From positions 12,950 to 76,949 of the forward strand of contig DATLRV010000022.1 in NCBI GenBank assembly GCA_035534455.1: DNA of 64,000 nucleotides, given 5' to 3'. Shown piece after piece: positions 28,585-37,849 of the stretch. The notes under the pieces were generated by a model. That model saw only the letters and a list, made by a program, of their open reading frames with translations. It was not told the DNA's origin and ran no database searches. Within the stretch, counting starts at the first letter, position 1. The number at the start of each line of letters is the position of its first letter. This DNA comes from Acidimicrobiales bacterium (GTDB lineage: Bacteria > Actinomycetota > Acidimicrobiia > Acidimicrobiales > RAAP-2). The position numbers and the translations under genes were made by a program.

Positions 28585-30146
28585 TCGTCGGCCTCCTCAA
28601 CGAGACGAGCGGCTCGGCATGGGGCACCTACGGCGCGTGCGTGCTCGCTCTGGTGCCCGCCGGTGCACGGTGGCTCCGTGTCGCACAGCGCGAGCACTAC
28701 ATCGCCGACTCGGCGAGCCGTTTTGCGCTCCGATGGTGGACGAGCGAACCGGCCAACCTCGCGCTCGGTGCCGTCGCCCTCGCCGGCGTCGTGATCGGAG
28801 GGCTGTGGCCGCTCGCCGCGCTCGCGACGGTCGCGGTCGCGGTCGTCGGCCCGCTCCACCTCTCGGTGCACGGCCGGACGTCGCCACTCGTGCTCACGAG
28901 GCGACTGAAGACGCTCGCCGGCGTGTGGGTCCTCTGCGAAGGGGTGCTGCTCGGGGTCGGGGCCGGGGTGGGCGCCCCCGTCCCGTTCGCAGCTGCGGGC
29001 CTGGTCGCGGCCCCGGCGCTGGTCGACGCAGCGCTCCTCGTGACCGCGCCGTTCGAGCGCCGCGCGTCCGAGCGCTTCGTCGAGAGGGCGGCTGACCGGC
29101 TGCGACGGGTGGCGCCGACGATCGTGGCGGTCACCGGCTCCTATGGCAAGACGTCCACGAAGAACCACATCGCCCACCTGGTGGCCGGCTCGAAGAGCGT
29201 GGTCGCCACCCCTGCGTCGTTCAACAACCGCGGCGGCCTCGCCCGCGCGGTCAACGAGCACCTCGCCGAGGGCACCGACGTCTTTGTCGCCGAGATGGGC
29301 ACCTATGGGCCGGGCGAGATCCGCGACCTGTGCAGGTGGTGCCCCCCGCAGATCTCGGTGATGACGGCGGTCGGGCCGGTGCACCTCGAACGGTTCGGCT
29401 CCGAGGACGCGATCCTCGCGGCGAAGTCCGAGATCACCGAGGGCGCGGCCACGGTGGTCGTCAATGCCGACGACCGTCGTCTCGCTGCGCTCGGCAGCGT
29501 GCTCGACGCCGCCAAGGACGGCCCGCAGGTCGTGCGTGCCGCAGTGGAGGACCCCAACGCCGATGTCCGCGTCCGGGTCGACGGCGAGCGCGTCACGGTC
29601 GTGGTCGACGGGGTCGTCGCCGGCGCGCCGGTGACGCTCCGGCCCGGGATCCAGCCGTCGAACCTCGCCTGTGCCGTCGCCGTGGCGTTGCAGCTCGACG
29701 TGCCGCTGGACGCGGTGCTGGCCCGCATCCCCACTCTCCCGGCAGTCGCCAACCGGCTCACCGCCGACACGTCGGCCTCGGGGGTCCACGTCATCGACGA
29801 CACCTTCAACTCGAACCCCGCGGGCGCCCGGGCGGCGCTCGCGCTGCTCGCTGCCGCTGCCGCTGCCGTCGACGGTCGCAGGGTGCTCGTGACGCCGGGC
29901 ATGGTCGAGCTCGGTGCCCGCCAGGCGTCGGAGAACGAGACCCTCGCGCAGGCAGCCTGCGAGGTCGTGTCCACATTGGTCGTCGTAGGGCTCACCAACC
30001 GGCGCGCCCTCCTGCGGGGGGCGGCCGGACTCGTGCCCGTCGTCGTCGTCCGGACCCGGTCCGAGGCGGTCGCGTGGGTCCGCGCAAACCTTGGACCCGG
30101 AGACGCCGTCCTCTACGAGAACGACCTGCCGGACCACTACCCTTGA
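28581..30146 (+). CDS. Mur ligase family protein, MurF-like central and C-terminal domains with hydrophobic N-terminal region
   Basis: VTGSYGKTSTK P-loop, AEMGTYGPGEI, VVNADD, DDTFNSNP and GMVELG (MurF-like). The first ~190 aa contain about 4 hydrophobic segments. The GTG start overlaps the hydrolase stop (28581-28584). Confidence 0.8.
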   Translation: MIVGLLNETSGSAWGTYGACVLALVPAGARWLRVAQREHYIADSASRFALRWWTSEPANLALGAVALAGVVIGGLWPLAALATVAVAVVGPLHLSVHGRTSPLVLTRRLKTLAGVWVLCEGVLLGVGAGVGAPVPFAAAGLVAAPALVDAALLVTAPFERRASERFVERAADRLRRVAPTIVAVTGSYGKTSTKNHIAHLVAGSKSVVATPASFNNRGGLARAVNEHLAEGTDVFVAEMGTYGPGEIRDLCRWCPPQISVMTAVGPVHLERFGSEDAILAAKSEITEGAATVVVNADDRRLAALGSVLDAAKDGPQVVRAAVEDPNADVRVRVDGERVTVVVDGVVAGAPVTLRPGIQPSNLACAVAVALQLDVPLDAVLARIPTLPAVANRLTADTSASGVHVIDDTFNSNPAGARAALALLAAAAAAVDGRRVLVTPGMVELGARQASENETLAQAACEVVSTLVVVGLTNRRALLRGAAGLVPVVVVRTRSEAVAWVRANLGPGDAVLYENDLPDHYP

Positions 30147-30191
30147 CCGCCGACGCCGGGGGCCTCACCGGCGCACACCAGGGAGCGCACC

Positions 30192-31313
30192 GTGGCAGAA
30201 GGCACCGCTGATCTCGCCGTCGTGTTCGGCGGCCCCTCACCCGAGCACGACGTGAGCGTGCTGACCGGGCTCCAGTCCGCCCGCGCACTCGACGCACGGT
30301 GCCTGTACTGGACGAAGACCGGCGAGTGGTACGAGGTGGACCGCGGGCTCGAGGCGAGTGCGTTCGTCGACGGCGTGCCTCGGGGTGCGTCGCGGGTCCA
30401 GCTGCTCATCGAGTCGGGGTTCGCGTCCGACGCCTCGCGGTTCGGACGTCCTCGGCCGCTCGGCGTCGACGTCGCCGTCGTGTGCTGCCACGGGGGACCC
30501 GGAGAGGACGGCACGCTGCAGGCCGCCCTGGACCTCGCGGGCGTGCGCTACACGGGTCCGACCGTCGCCGGCGCGGCGCTCGGCATGGACAAGCTCGCGT
30601 TCGCGGCCGTCATCACGCAAGCGGGGCTGCCGGCCCTGCCGCGTGCGCTCCTCGACAAGGCGACGACCGACGTCGGGTTCGGCCCTCCCTACATCGTGAA
30701 GCCGCGGTTCGGCGGTTCTTCGATCGGCATCTCGGCCAACGTCGCCGACCTGCAGACGGCCGTCGCGCTGCTCGACGCGAACCGTCACCTCCGGGCGGGT
30801 GCGGTCCTCGAGCCGTACCGTGCAGACCTCTTCGACCTCCAGGTTGCGGTGCGGTCCTGGCCGGAGCTCGGGATCTCGGCGATCGAGCGGCCCCTCCGCA
30901 CCCCACGCGCGGGCGGGGCGGCGGGGGAGCCGGACATCCTCGGGTACGCGGACAAGTACGTCGGCGGCGAGGGCATGGCGAGCGCCCCCCGTGAGCTTCC
31001 CGCGAAGATCGACGCGGCGCTCGCCGACACGCTCAAGGAGGCCGCCGCCGTCGTGGCGCGGCGGTGTTCGGTGCGCGGCGTCACCCGCGTGGACTTCCTC
31101 TCCGACGGCCGTGAGCTCTTCGTCAACGAGATCAACACGATCCCGGGATCGCTCGCCCGCTACCTGTGGATCGACCCGCCTGTGCCGTTCCGCACCCTGC
31201 TCGCCGACATGGTCGACGAAGCGCGTCGACGGCCGTCCCACCACTACACGGTGGAGGGTGCCGACGGCACCGTGCTCAGGGGCGCGGCGTCGATCGCGGC
31301 GAAGCTGGCCTGA
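30192..31313 (+). CDS. D-alanine--D-alanine ligase family ATP-grasp protein (divergent)
   Basis: VVFGGPSPEHDVSVLTG, HGGPGEDGTLQ, MDK and NEINTIPG motifs. GGGAG lies 6 nt upstream of the GTG start. Confidence 0.8.
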   Translation: MAEGTADLAVVFGGPSPEHDVSVLTGLQSARALDARCLYWTKTGEWYEVDRGLEASAFVDGVPRGASRVQLLIESGFASDASRFGRPRPLGVDVAVVCCHGGPGEDGTLQAALDLAGVRYTGPTVAGAALGMDKLAFAAVITQAGLPALPRALLDKATTDVGFGPPYIVKPRFGGSSIGISANVADLQTAVALLDANRHLRAGAVLEPYRADLFDLQVAVRSWPELGISAIERPLRTPRAGGAAGEPDILGYADKYVGGEGMASAPRELPAKIDAALADTLKEAAAVVARRCSVRGVTRVDFLSDGRELFVNEINTIPGSLARYLWIDPPVPFRTLLADMVDEARRRPSHHYTVEGADGTVLRGAASIAAKLA

Positions 31314-31343
31314 GCTCCTGCGTCGGGCAAGCGCGCCGGCGGC

Positions 31344-34073
31344 TCAGGTCTGCACCGCGCCCGCGCGGGGGCTGTGGCCTGCGAGCTGAGCCCGCAGCAG
31401 GACGTACAGCTGTTCGGAGCGTGCAGAGGGCGTGCCACCGGGGTCGAGCTCGTCCATCCGGCGCTGGCACTCCTGCCACTCGGCATGGAGGCGAGGGGCG
31501 TCCCCGGCGGCGGCCGCCACGCGCATGGCCGCCCGCGTGAGCGCTTCGCCGTAGGGCTCGACCTTCCTCGCCTGAGCCAGTGCCCAACGGGCGAGGTCGA
31601 TGTCACCGGACCCGAGCGCGCCGCGCACGAGCGCGCAGGCGCCGTCGACGACGGCGTCGGCGACCCGGCGCTCGTGGCCCTCGGTTCGCCACCACGCGTA
31701 TCCCGTGAGCACCCCGCCGAGCGGCTCGCCCTCGACCAGCTGGAGGCCCTCTCGGAGACGTGCGACGGCTTCGGCGGGGTCGTGTGCGGCCAGGCCGGCA
31801 CCGAGCAGCACCGGTGCCCGGACCGCGTCGGCGGTCAGCGCGGGGGAGAGGCGGTAGTGGCCCGATCTGGACGCCGGAGGAAGGAGCGGCTCGCCGTCGG
31901 GTCCGGGGCCGAGCGATCGGCGTGCGGCGCCGATCGTGTTGAACAGCGTCTTTGCCGCGGCGTCGGCGTCGGCGGAGCCGAGGACCCGCGTGCGGAGCCG
32001 GTCGCCGGTGACGGGATCCGGCGCGTGCAGGGCGAGGTACGCGACGACCTCCACCGCGCGCCGCGCCCGCTTCGGTGGCAGGTCGGATCGGAGGCCGACG
32101 AGACGCGGGACGCTCGTGAGCAACCGCACCTCTGCCGGTCCGCGGACCGGGACCGCACGAGTGACGGCGGCGTCGTCGCCCGGTGCGGTCCCGGACCACG
32201 AGAAGAGATGGGCGGTGACCCCGGGCTCCTCGGTCGTCGGGTCCGTGACGTGCAGGGTCGCCGTGGCGACCCGGTGGTGGACCAAGGGCAGGGTGCCGGG
32301 CTCGATTCGCGCCGGAGAAGGCTCCGTGAGCTTCCTCACGGCGCTCGTCCACGACCGATCGAGGAGTGGGGGCCGCACGGTCAACCCCAAGGGATGCGCG
32401 CTCGCTCCGCGCTGGTCCACGATCACGGTGACGTCGGCGTCGTCGACCTGGTCTGTCGCGAGCACCGCGCACGCGCCTCGGACTGGCGCCGGGAGGTCGT
32501 CGGGGTTGCCGACGAACAGCACGCGCGGACCGCCCGGCGAGCTGGTACCCGCCGACTGGCCGGGTTTCCGCGTCTGCCTCTGTGCGTCGGAGAAGGCGGC
32601 GTTGGTCGCCTGTCCGACGTCGTCGGTGACCAGGAGTGCCTCGTGCCAGCTCCACGTCGCGACGCCCGCGCGCATCGCGAGCAGGAGATCTGCTGCTCGC
32701 GGCCCGACCACCGCGACGCAGGCCCCGGCGTCGACCGGGAGGAGCCACGTGCCGCGATCGTCGTCGCCGAGGGGAAGGAGTGCCGTGCACCACGGCTCGT
32801 CTCGCGCCAGGCGGCGGGAGAGGGCCGCGACGTCGAGCGTGGCCGGAAGGTGCCAGGTCCCCGCGTCGGTGCGGGACCAGCCCGGGAGACGATCCGGGAC
32901 GGGTTCGGCGAATCGGACTTCCACCCCGTCGTGGCCGGCGCGCAGCCACTGCACCGGTCCGGGGGTCGGCTGCAGTGTCCCGAGTGCGTCGCCGAGGAGG
33001 CGCGCGGCCGCCTCCACCACGTCCACGAGGGGCACCTCCTCGAACGGGGCGACGAACGTTCCCAACGAGGCGTCACGTTCGTCGGGCGCCGGACTCGGTC
33101 CGCCCTCTTCGCGGAGGAAGGCCTGGAGGCGACGGAGCTGGCGTGCCCGCCTCGCGAGGAGCCCGGCGACAAGGGCGCTCACCCCCGCACCGGCGAGCTC
33201 CGCAATCGGCAGAAGGGAGCCGACGGGGTCGTGGCTCGCGGCCACGACGCGCGCCGGCGTCGTCTTCTCCGGGGGCACCCGCCCGGGGGGCTCCTGGGAG
33301 CCGTGGAGCTCTCCCACCTCGACGCCGCGCAGCGCCTGCGCGTCGAGCGCCGGCAGGGCGAGCACCCAACCGGACCTCAACGCCGTGGGATCGACGAACC
33401 GGGTGCCGTCGGCCATGAGCCGGCCGAGGTTGGCCGAGGCGATCGCGTGCCACGCCGACGAATCGCCGTAGTGCGCGGCCGCGAGCGTGGCCAGGGTGTC
33501 GCCAGCGTGCACCGCGACGGCACGCGTCCCCCGTGGTCGCGCCGCGGGTCGTGTGCCCCTTTGGCCGAGTGGCGCGTGATCCCCTACGAGGGGTCGGACG
33601 AGGGGCCGGGCGAGTGGTCGGGCGAACGGTCCGGTGCGTGACCGGGCGGACACCGCGCTGGCGGGCGCGCACGCCGCGCGCGTCGCCGCGCTGCGGGGTG
33701 CGGTCGCCCCCGCGACGGATGCGCCCACACCGAAGAAGGACGACAGCGCGAGGACGCCCAGTGCGATGCGCAGCCCCAACCGGTCGGTGAGGCGCTCCGC
33801 CGCGCCGAGGTCCCGGGTCCGGACGCGGGTGACGGCGGCGCGCAGGATCGGCCACGCGCACGCCGCCCAGGCGCACCAGCTCACGACGGCGAGCGCGTCG
33901 AAGAGCCCGGTCCACGACAGCACGTCGTGCCCCTCCCAGTGGCGGGGGAGCGGGAGCCCGACGAAGCCGACGAGCACGCCGGGCACGGCGACGAAGACGA
34001 GGAGCGCTGCCGCCGCGCCAACGCTCGCGTCCCACAGGGCGTGGCGGGTCTGGGAGGTCGCCGCTCCGGCCAT
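31344..34073 (-). CDS. Multi-TM LysM domain protein with cytoplasmic winged-helix + BTAD (SARP-like) region
   Basis: 909 aa. Three N-terminal hydrophobic segments; a LysM-like block HAGDTLATLAAAHYGDSSAWHAIASANL...GWVLALP; a fourth TM followed by RRARQLRR; a C-terminal wHTH (EVVAYLALH...) and a BTAD-like helical repeat (...LTRAAMRVAAAAGD...LYVLLRAQL). Confidence 0.75.
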   Translation of the reverse strand: MAGAATSQTRHALWDASVGAAAALLVFVAVPGVLVGFVGLPLPRHWEGHDVLSWTGLFDALAVVSWCAWAACAWPILRAAVTRVRTRDLGAAERLTDRLGLRIALGVLALSSFFGVGASVAGATAPRSAATRAACAPASAVSARSRTGPFARPLARPLVRPLVGDHAPLGQRGTRPAARPRGTRAVAVHAGDTLATLAAAHYGDSSAWHAIASANLGRLMADGTRFVDPTALRSGWVLALPALDAQALRGVEVGELHGSQEPPGRVPPEKTTPARVVAASHDPVGSLLPIAELAGAGVSALVAGLLARRARQLRRLQAFLREEGGPSPAPDERDASLGTFVAPFEEVPLVDVVEAAARLLGDALGTLQPTPGPVQWLRAGHDGVEVRFAEPVPDRLPGWSRTDAGTWHLPATLDVAALSRRLARDEPWCTALLPLGDDDRGTWLLPVDAGACVAVVGPRAADLLLAMRAGVATWSWHEALLVTDDVGQATNAAFSDAQRQTRKPGQSAGTSSPGGPRVLFVGNPDDLPAPVRGACAVLATDQVDDADVTVIVDQRGASAHPLGLTVRPPLLDRSWTSAVRKLTEPSPARIEPGTLPLVHHRVATATLHVTDPTTEEPGVTAHLFSWSGTAPGDDAAVTRAVPVRGPAEVRLLTSVPRLVGLRSDLPPKRARRAVEVVAYLALHAPDPVTGDRLRTRVLGSADADAAAKTLFNTIGAARRSLGPGPDGEPLLPPASRSGHYRLSPALTADAVRAPVLLGAGLAAHDPAEAVARLREGLQLVEGEPLGGVLTGYAWWRTEGHERRVADAVVDGACALVRGALGSGDIDLARWALAQARKVEPYGEALTRAAMRVAAAAGDAPRLHAEWQECQRRMDELDPGGTPSARSEQLYVLLRAQLAGHSPRAGAVQT

Positions 34074-34972
34074 CAGGGAGCCGGGGAGACGACGAGTGTG
34101 AACGAGACGCCGGCGGTCGCGCCCGCAGGCAGTCTGAGAGCGACAATGCAGTTCCCGCCCCCGTGTCCGTCGTCGAGCTCCAGTGACAGCGGCGAGCTCC
34201 CGGTGCGTGCACTCGACACGCCGCCGGGACAGGAGATCTCAACCTGTAGCTCTTCCGTGCCGCCCCACGTCGCCAGGACGGTGACGACACCGCCACCCCC
34301 CGCGGCGTAGGACGCGGACGTGGCCGGAGGGGTGATCGCTCCGTGTCCGGGGTATGCGCCGGCCGCCGTCGACCTCCCAGTCGTGGCCGTGGAGGCGGCG
34401 GATGTGTCGCCCGCCGCACCCTGGGCGCCCGAGCCTGCGCCCGGCGTGACGGGCGTCGGGGTCGTTCCCGACGGGGAGAGCTCGGGCTTGGTGGACGCCG
34501 GCGACGTGGGTCCCGACATGCCGGCACCCGCGGTCGCCGGTCCTCCCCCTCCCGTGGGCTCCGAGGTGGACAGCGATGCGCCGGGGGATGTGACGAAGAT
34601 CGCAGCCCCCTGGGGAGGGACGACCTGCACTCCTCGTGCTCGAGAAGACCCGAGTCCCGGCTGCCGGCGTTGCCCGGCGACCCGGGCGGTCGCCGGGAGG
34701 GACGGCCTGCCCGACCCCGCGTGCTCGGCGCGGGGCGAGCCGGTGCCGCTGTCGGTGGCCGGGCGTGTCGCCGGGGGCCGGTGCGAAAGTCGTGCACCGT
34801 GGCCCGTGGCCGTGGTCCGGGGCCCGCTGCCGGACGCGGCGCGGTCGAGCGCGGCAGCGGACGGCGGCCCGCGGTGACCGGTCGTGGAGGACAGCGCGGT
34901 CACCAGCGCCATGAGCGCGAGCGACACCGCAAGGACGCCCCATGCACGGGAGCGACGACCCGGCTCACCCAT
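34073..34972 (-). CDS. Single-pass membrane protein with S/T/P/G-rich linker and small Cys-containing C-terminal domain
   Basis: TM segment WGVLAVSLALMALVTAL, a low-complexity linker, then C-terminal VVTVLATWGGTEELQVEISCPGG...GGGNCIVALRL. The stop overlaps the LysM-BTAD start by 1 nt (TGATG). The start is uncertain (alternative at 35083). Confidence 0.5.
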   Translation of the reverse strand: MGEPGRRSRAWGVLAVSLALMALVTALSSTTGHRGPPSAAALDRAASGSGPRTTATGHGARLSHRPPATRPATDSGTGSPRAEHAGSGRPSLPATARVAGQRRQPGLGSSRARGVQVVPPQGAAIFVTSPGASLSTSEPTGGGGPATAGAGMSGPTSPASTKPELSPSGTTPTPVTPGAGSGAQGAAGDTSAASTATTGRSTAAGAYPGHGAITPPATSASYAAGGGGVVTVLATWGGTEELQVEISCPGGVSSARTGSSPLSLELDDGHGGGNCIVALRLPAGATAGVSFTLVVSPAP

Positions 34973-35182
34973 CGGATGCAGAGCAAGGCGTCGGGATGTC
35001 GGTCCGGTGCATGCCGCGCCGGTAGGCACCGGCGCGCGGCGCCGCGGTTTCCCCCCTGTCCGTGCCCGGGAGGCACGTACCATCCACGGGGAAACACCGT
35101 AACGTAGATATGCAACTTTCGTCGCAGCGCCGCCAGGACGCAGAGGGTCGTCGCACCGGCGTCGCGTGGTTCGCCGGGTCTA

Positions 35183-35941
35183 TCAGGCGAGGAGGGCGGC
35201 GACGGCGCGATCGCGGCGTGCGGCGAGGAACCGCCGGGAGTGGCCGGAGGAGGCGGCGAGCTCGGACAGCGAGTAGCCGAGGACCCTGTGCGCGTACAGC
35301 ACGACAGCATCGGCGGGGTCGAGGTGGCCCCGTTCCCGGTCGATCGCCTTCGCGAGCTCCTCGGCGTCGCTCGGCCCGGAGGTGGCGGGTTCCTCGAGGG
35401 GCTCGTCCCCCGACGTGAGGTGCTCGGTGCGGTGCAGCGTGTGGTGGCGCCGGATCCGGCGGTGGAGCCGGCACCTGACCGCCGAGAGCACGTCGAGGAC
35501 GGCGTACGCGCGGTCCTGCCCGCTCCACTCCTGGACCACCTCCCACGTCGTCGTGATCGCGTCGACCGTGAACGCGTCCTGGCTGTCCCACTCGCCGTCC
35601 TTGCCCCAGGCGAGGCGGCGGCCGACGCCGACGAGGCCAGGGACGAGTGCCTGGACGAGTGCGCGCGAGACGAGCGGGTGCGCACTCGTCGAACGCAGCA
35701 CCACCCGGAACAGCGCTGCGGCTCGGTCGCGTTCTGCGGATCCGCGCCCGGTGCGCCAATCGGCCGGGGTCGACCCGATGAGCGCGTCGACCACGTCGCC
35801 GAGATTGCTCGCACCGAGCCTCGCAATGTCCGGCTCCGCCCTTGCGAGGGCCTCGAGGGCGTCGTGCGACGCCGGCGTTCGACGCAGGGACTCCCAGTCG
35901 CGGGCCAGGACGTCGAGGGGCCGGTGTGCGTCGGTCGTCAT
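35183..35941 (-). CDS. Sigma-70/ECF-like regulator (tentative) with extended N-terminal domain
   Basis: Region-2-like TTTWEVVQEW...LDVLSAVRCRLHRRIRR and a region-4-like HTH (VLGYSLSELAASSGHSRRFLAARRDRAV). About 110 aa of unassigned N-terminus. Confidence 0.45.
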   Translation of the reverse strand: MTTDAHRPLDVLARDWESLRRTPASHDALEALARAEPDIARLGASNLGDVVDALIGSTPADWRTGRGSAERDRAAALFRVVLRSTSAHPLVSRALVQALVPGLVGVGRRLAWGKDGEWDSQDAFTVDAITTTWEVVQEWSGQDRAYAVLDVLSAVRCRLHRRIRRHHTLHRTEHLTSGDEPLEEPATSGPSDAEELAKAIDRERGHLDPADAVVLYAHRVLGYSLSELAASSGHSRRFLAARRDRAVAALLA

Positions 35942-36099
35942 GCCCCGACCGTGCGCGATGGCACTCCCTCCGTCGCTCCCACCCGCGACGGTCGCGGAAA
36001 ATACCGTCCGTGACCAGGTGCGATATCCACCGGTTGGGCGATCGAACCTCGGGCGTCGGCTCACGGACCGGTGACGGTGCCGACTACAGTTCAGCGCAC

Positions 36100-36492
36100 A
36101 TGGACATCGAGGACTTCTACGACGCGGATGAGCGACGGCGGAGCTCCGCCGAGGTGGAGTTCGGCCGGGACTGGCGCGATGCGCACGGTGTCCGCTACGA
36201 GCTCAGCTGGGTGGAGGACACCGGCGAGCTCTATGTGATGCGCGAGCCGGTGCCGGTGGAGTGGGCGACACCGTTCGGCGGGATCCACGTGCGGGGCGCC
36301 CACAGCACCGACGAGAAGGAGATCGAGGGGATGAGCGTCGCGGTCGTCGGGACGGTCCCCGCCCGCGACGCCGTCGAGCAGCTGCTCGGAGGCTGGCAGG
36401 AGGCGATCGAGCGTCCCGACAGCGTGGCGTGGCTGGTCGAGCGGCTGCGAGCACGAGGCGTTCTCGTGCCCGACGCCGCGGTCACACCTTGA
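36100..36492 (+). CDS. Hypothetical protein (130 aa)
   Basis: High GC3 and a non-repetitive sequence (MDIEDFYDADERRRSSAEVEFGRDW...). No domain recognised. Confidence 0.6.
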   Translation: MDIEDFYDADERRRSSAEVEFGRDWRDAHGVRYELSWVEDTGELYVMREPVPVEWATPFGGIHVRGAHSTDEKEIEGMSVAVVGTVPARDAVEQLLGGWQEAIERPDSVAWLVERLRARGVLVPDAAVTP

Positions 36493-36496
36493 CCCG

Positions 36497-36856
36497 ATGC
36501 GCGTCGTCGTCGATCTCGACAAGGTCGTCGTCGTCTTCGCCGAGATAGAAGACGTGGACACGGTCTCCGTCCTCGTGACGGCGCCTCCGCTCGCGAGCGC
36601 CGCGTCGGATGCGACAGTGCACCGGCTGGCCGACGTCCTCGCTGCGACCAACATCGGGACCCTCGAGCCCGACGGCACCGTGCGGCTCCACGCGGACGCC
36701 GTCCGCTTCCACGCGGCGGGGCAGGTCGACGAGGACTGGGAGCGGCGCTTCGTCGCCGCATGTCTCGGCGGCGCGGGAGGCGGCGCGGGAGGCGGCGCAA
36801 GCGGCGGCGCGGTCGTGGCGGCGCCCGCGGCGGTCACCTGGCCCACTGCCTCCTGA
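36497..36856 (+). CDS. Hypothetical protein (119 aa) with Gly/Ala-rich tail
   Basis: Near-uniform G/C at third codon positions in this frame. The start lies 4 nt after the upstream stop. The competing minus-strand ORFs are Arg-rich shadows. Confidence 0.5.
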   Translation: MRVVVDLDKVVVVFAEIEDVDTVSVLVTAPPLASAASDATVHRLADVLAATNIGTLEPDGTVRLHADAVRFHAAGQVDEDWERRFVAACLGGAGGGAGGGASGGAVVAAPAAVTWPTAS

Positions 36857-36898
36857 GCGCGCGGCACCGGGTTCGGCCTCGCCCGTGCCCGGGTCGTG

Positions 36899-37762
36899 CT
36901 ATGCGCCGGTTGCCGCCTGCGGAGGTGGGATCGGCGAGGCGTAGCCGGCGAGCGGCGCGACCGTCGCCGGCGTGTCCGCTCTGTACTGATCGGTGCCGAC
37001 CTCGACGACGCTGAACCCGGTGTGGTCGCCGTCGCCGTTCACGACGTCGGGTCCTCGCGCTCCAGCCTCGTACCCCGTGACGACCGCAACGTGGTCAGCG
37101 CTTCCTGCTGGCGCGTCGAGCCCGTAGACCGCGACGTCTCCGGCCTGCGGCGTGTAGCCGCTGTCCGCGGCATGCCAGGTGTGGTGCGCGACCGCCCAGA
37201 AGTAGAAGCTTCCCGACGCCGCGTTGATGTCGGACGTTCCGTAGGCGTATGTGAAGAGCGCCCCTGCCCTTCGCCACACCCACGCGGCGAAGTCGGCGCA
37301 CCACTCCTCACTGCGGAGGCCGTGGCTGCACGGGGTCCCGGCTCCCCATGAGGCGCTGTACTTGTTGCAGTACGAGCTCGACGGCTGGGTGTGGTAGCCG
37401 AGCTGCGATTCGGCGATCGTCACGATGTGCGAGCGGAAGGGTGTCGAGGGGAGCGCTGGGAGTGTCGGCCCACCCGACGCCGACACGCCGAACGCCACGA
37501 GCCCCAGAACGGTCACCGCGACCACGATCGCCGCAGAGAGGGCGCGGCGGCGCCGCACCCGCAGGGACGGCCTCCGCCGCGGGACCGCGGTTGGCCAGAA
37601 CGCACCGGCTGCGTGGCCGCGCGGCGCGCGGGCTGGCTGGGACCGCACGGCGGTGTGCTGGCCCACCGAGGTGGTGACGGGCCGCCGAGCTCGTGTACGC
37701 GGGTGTTGCAGCGGTGCTCCTTGGCTCCTCGACGTGTCGGGGCGCGGGCATACATTCGCCAC
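36899..37762 (-). CDS. CHAP-domain peptidoglycan hydrolase (membrane-anchored or secreted)
   Basis: TM/signal anchor ALSAAIVVAVTVLGLVAFGV. The CHAP-like Cys context EEWCADFAAWVWRRAG and His context ADHVAVVTG. Confidence 0.7.
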   Translation of the reverse strand: MANVCPRPDTSRSQGAPLQHPRTRARRPVTTSVGQHTAVRSQPARAPRGHAAGAFWPTAVPRRRPSLRVRRRRALSAAIVVAVTVLGLVAFGVSASGGPTLPALPSTPFRSHIVTIAESQLGYHTQPSSSYCNKYSASWGAGTPCSHGLRSEEWCADFAAWVWRRAGALFTYAYGTSDINAASGSFYFWAVAHHTWHAADSGYTPQAGDVAVYGLDAPAGSADHVAVVTGYEAGARGPDVVNGDGDHTGFSVVEVGTDQYRADTPATVAPLAGYASPIPPPQAATGA

Positions 37763-37849
37763 GGCCTACCCGCTCCGCACGGATCCACGATATCGACGCG
37801 CGCGGCGCAGGCCGGGGCACCGGAGGGCCGCGTCGCTTCGCGTCCGCGC

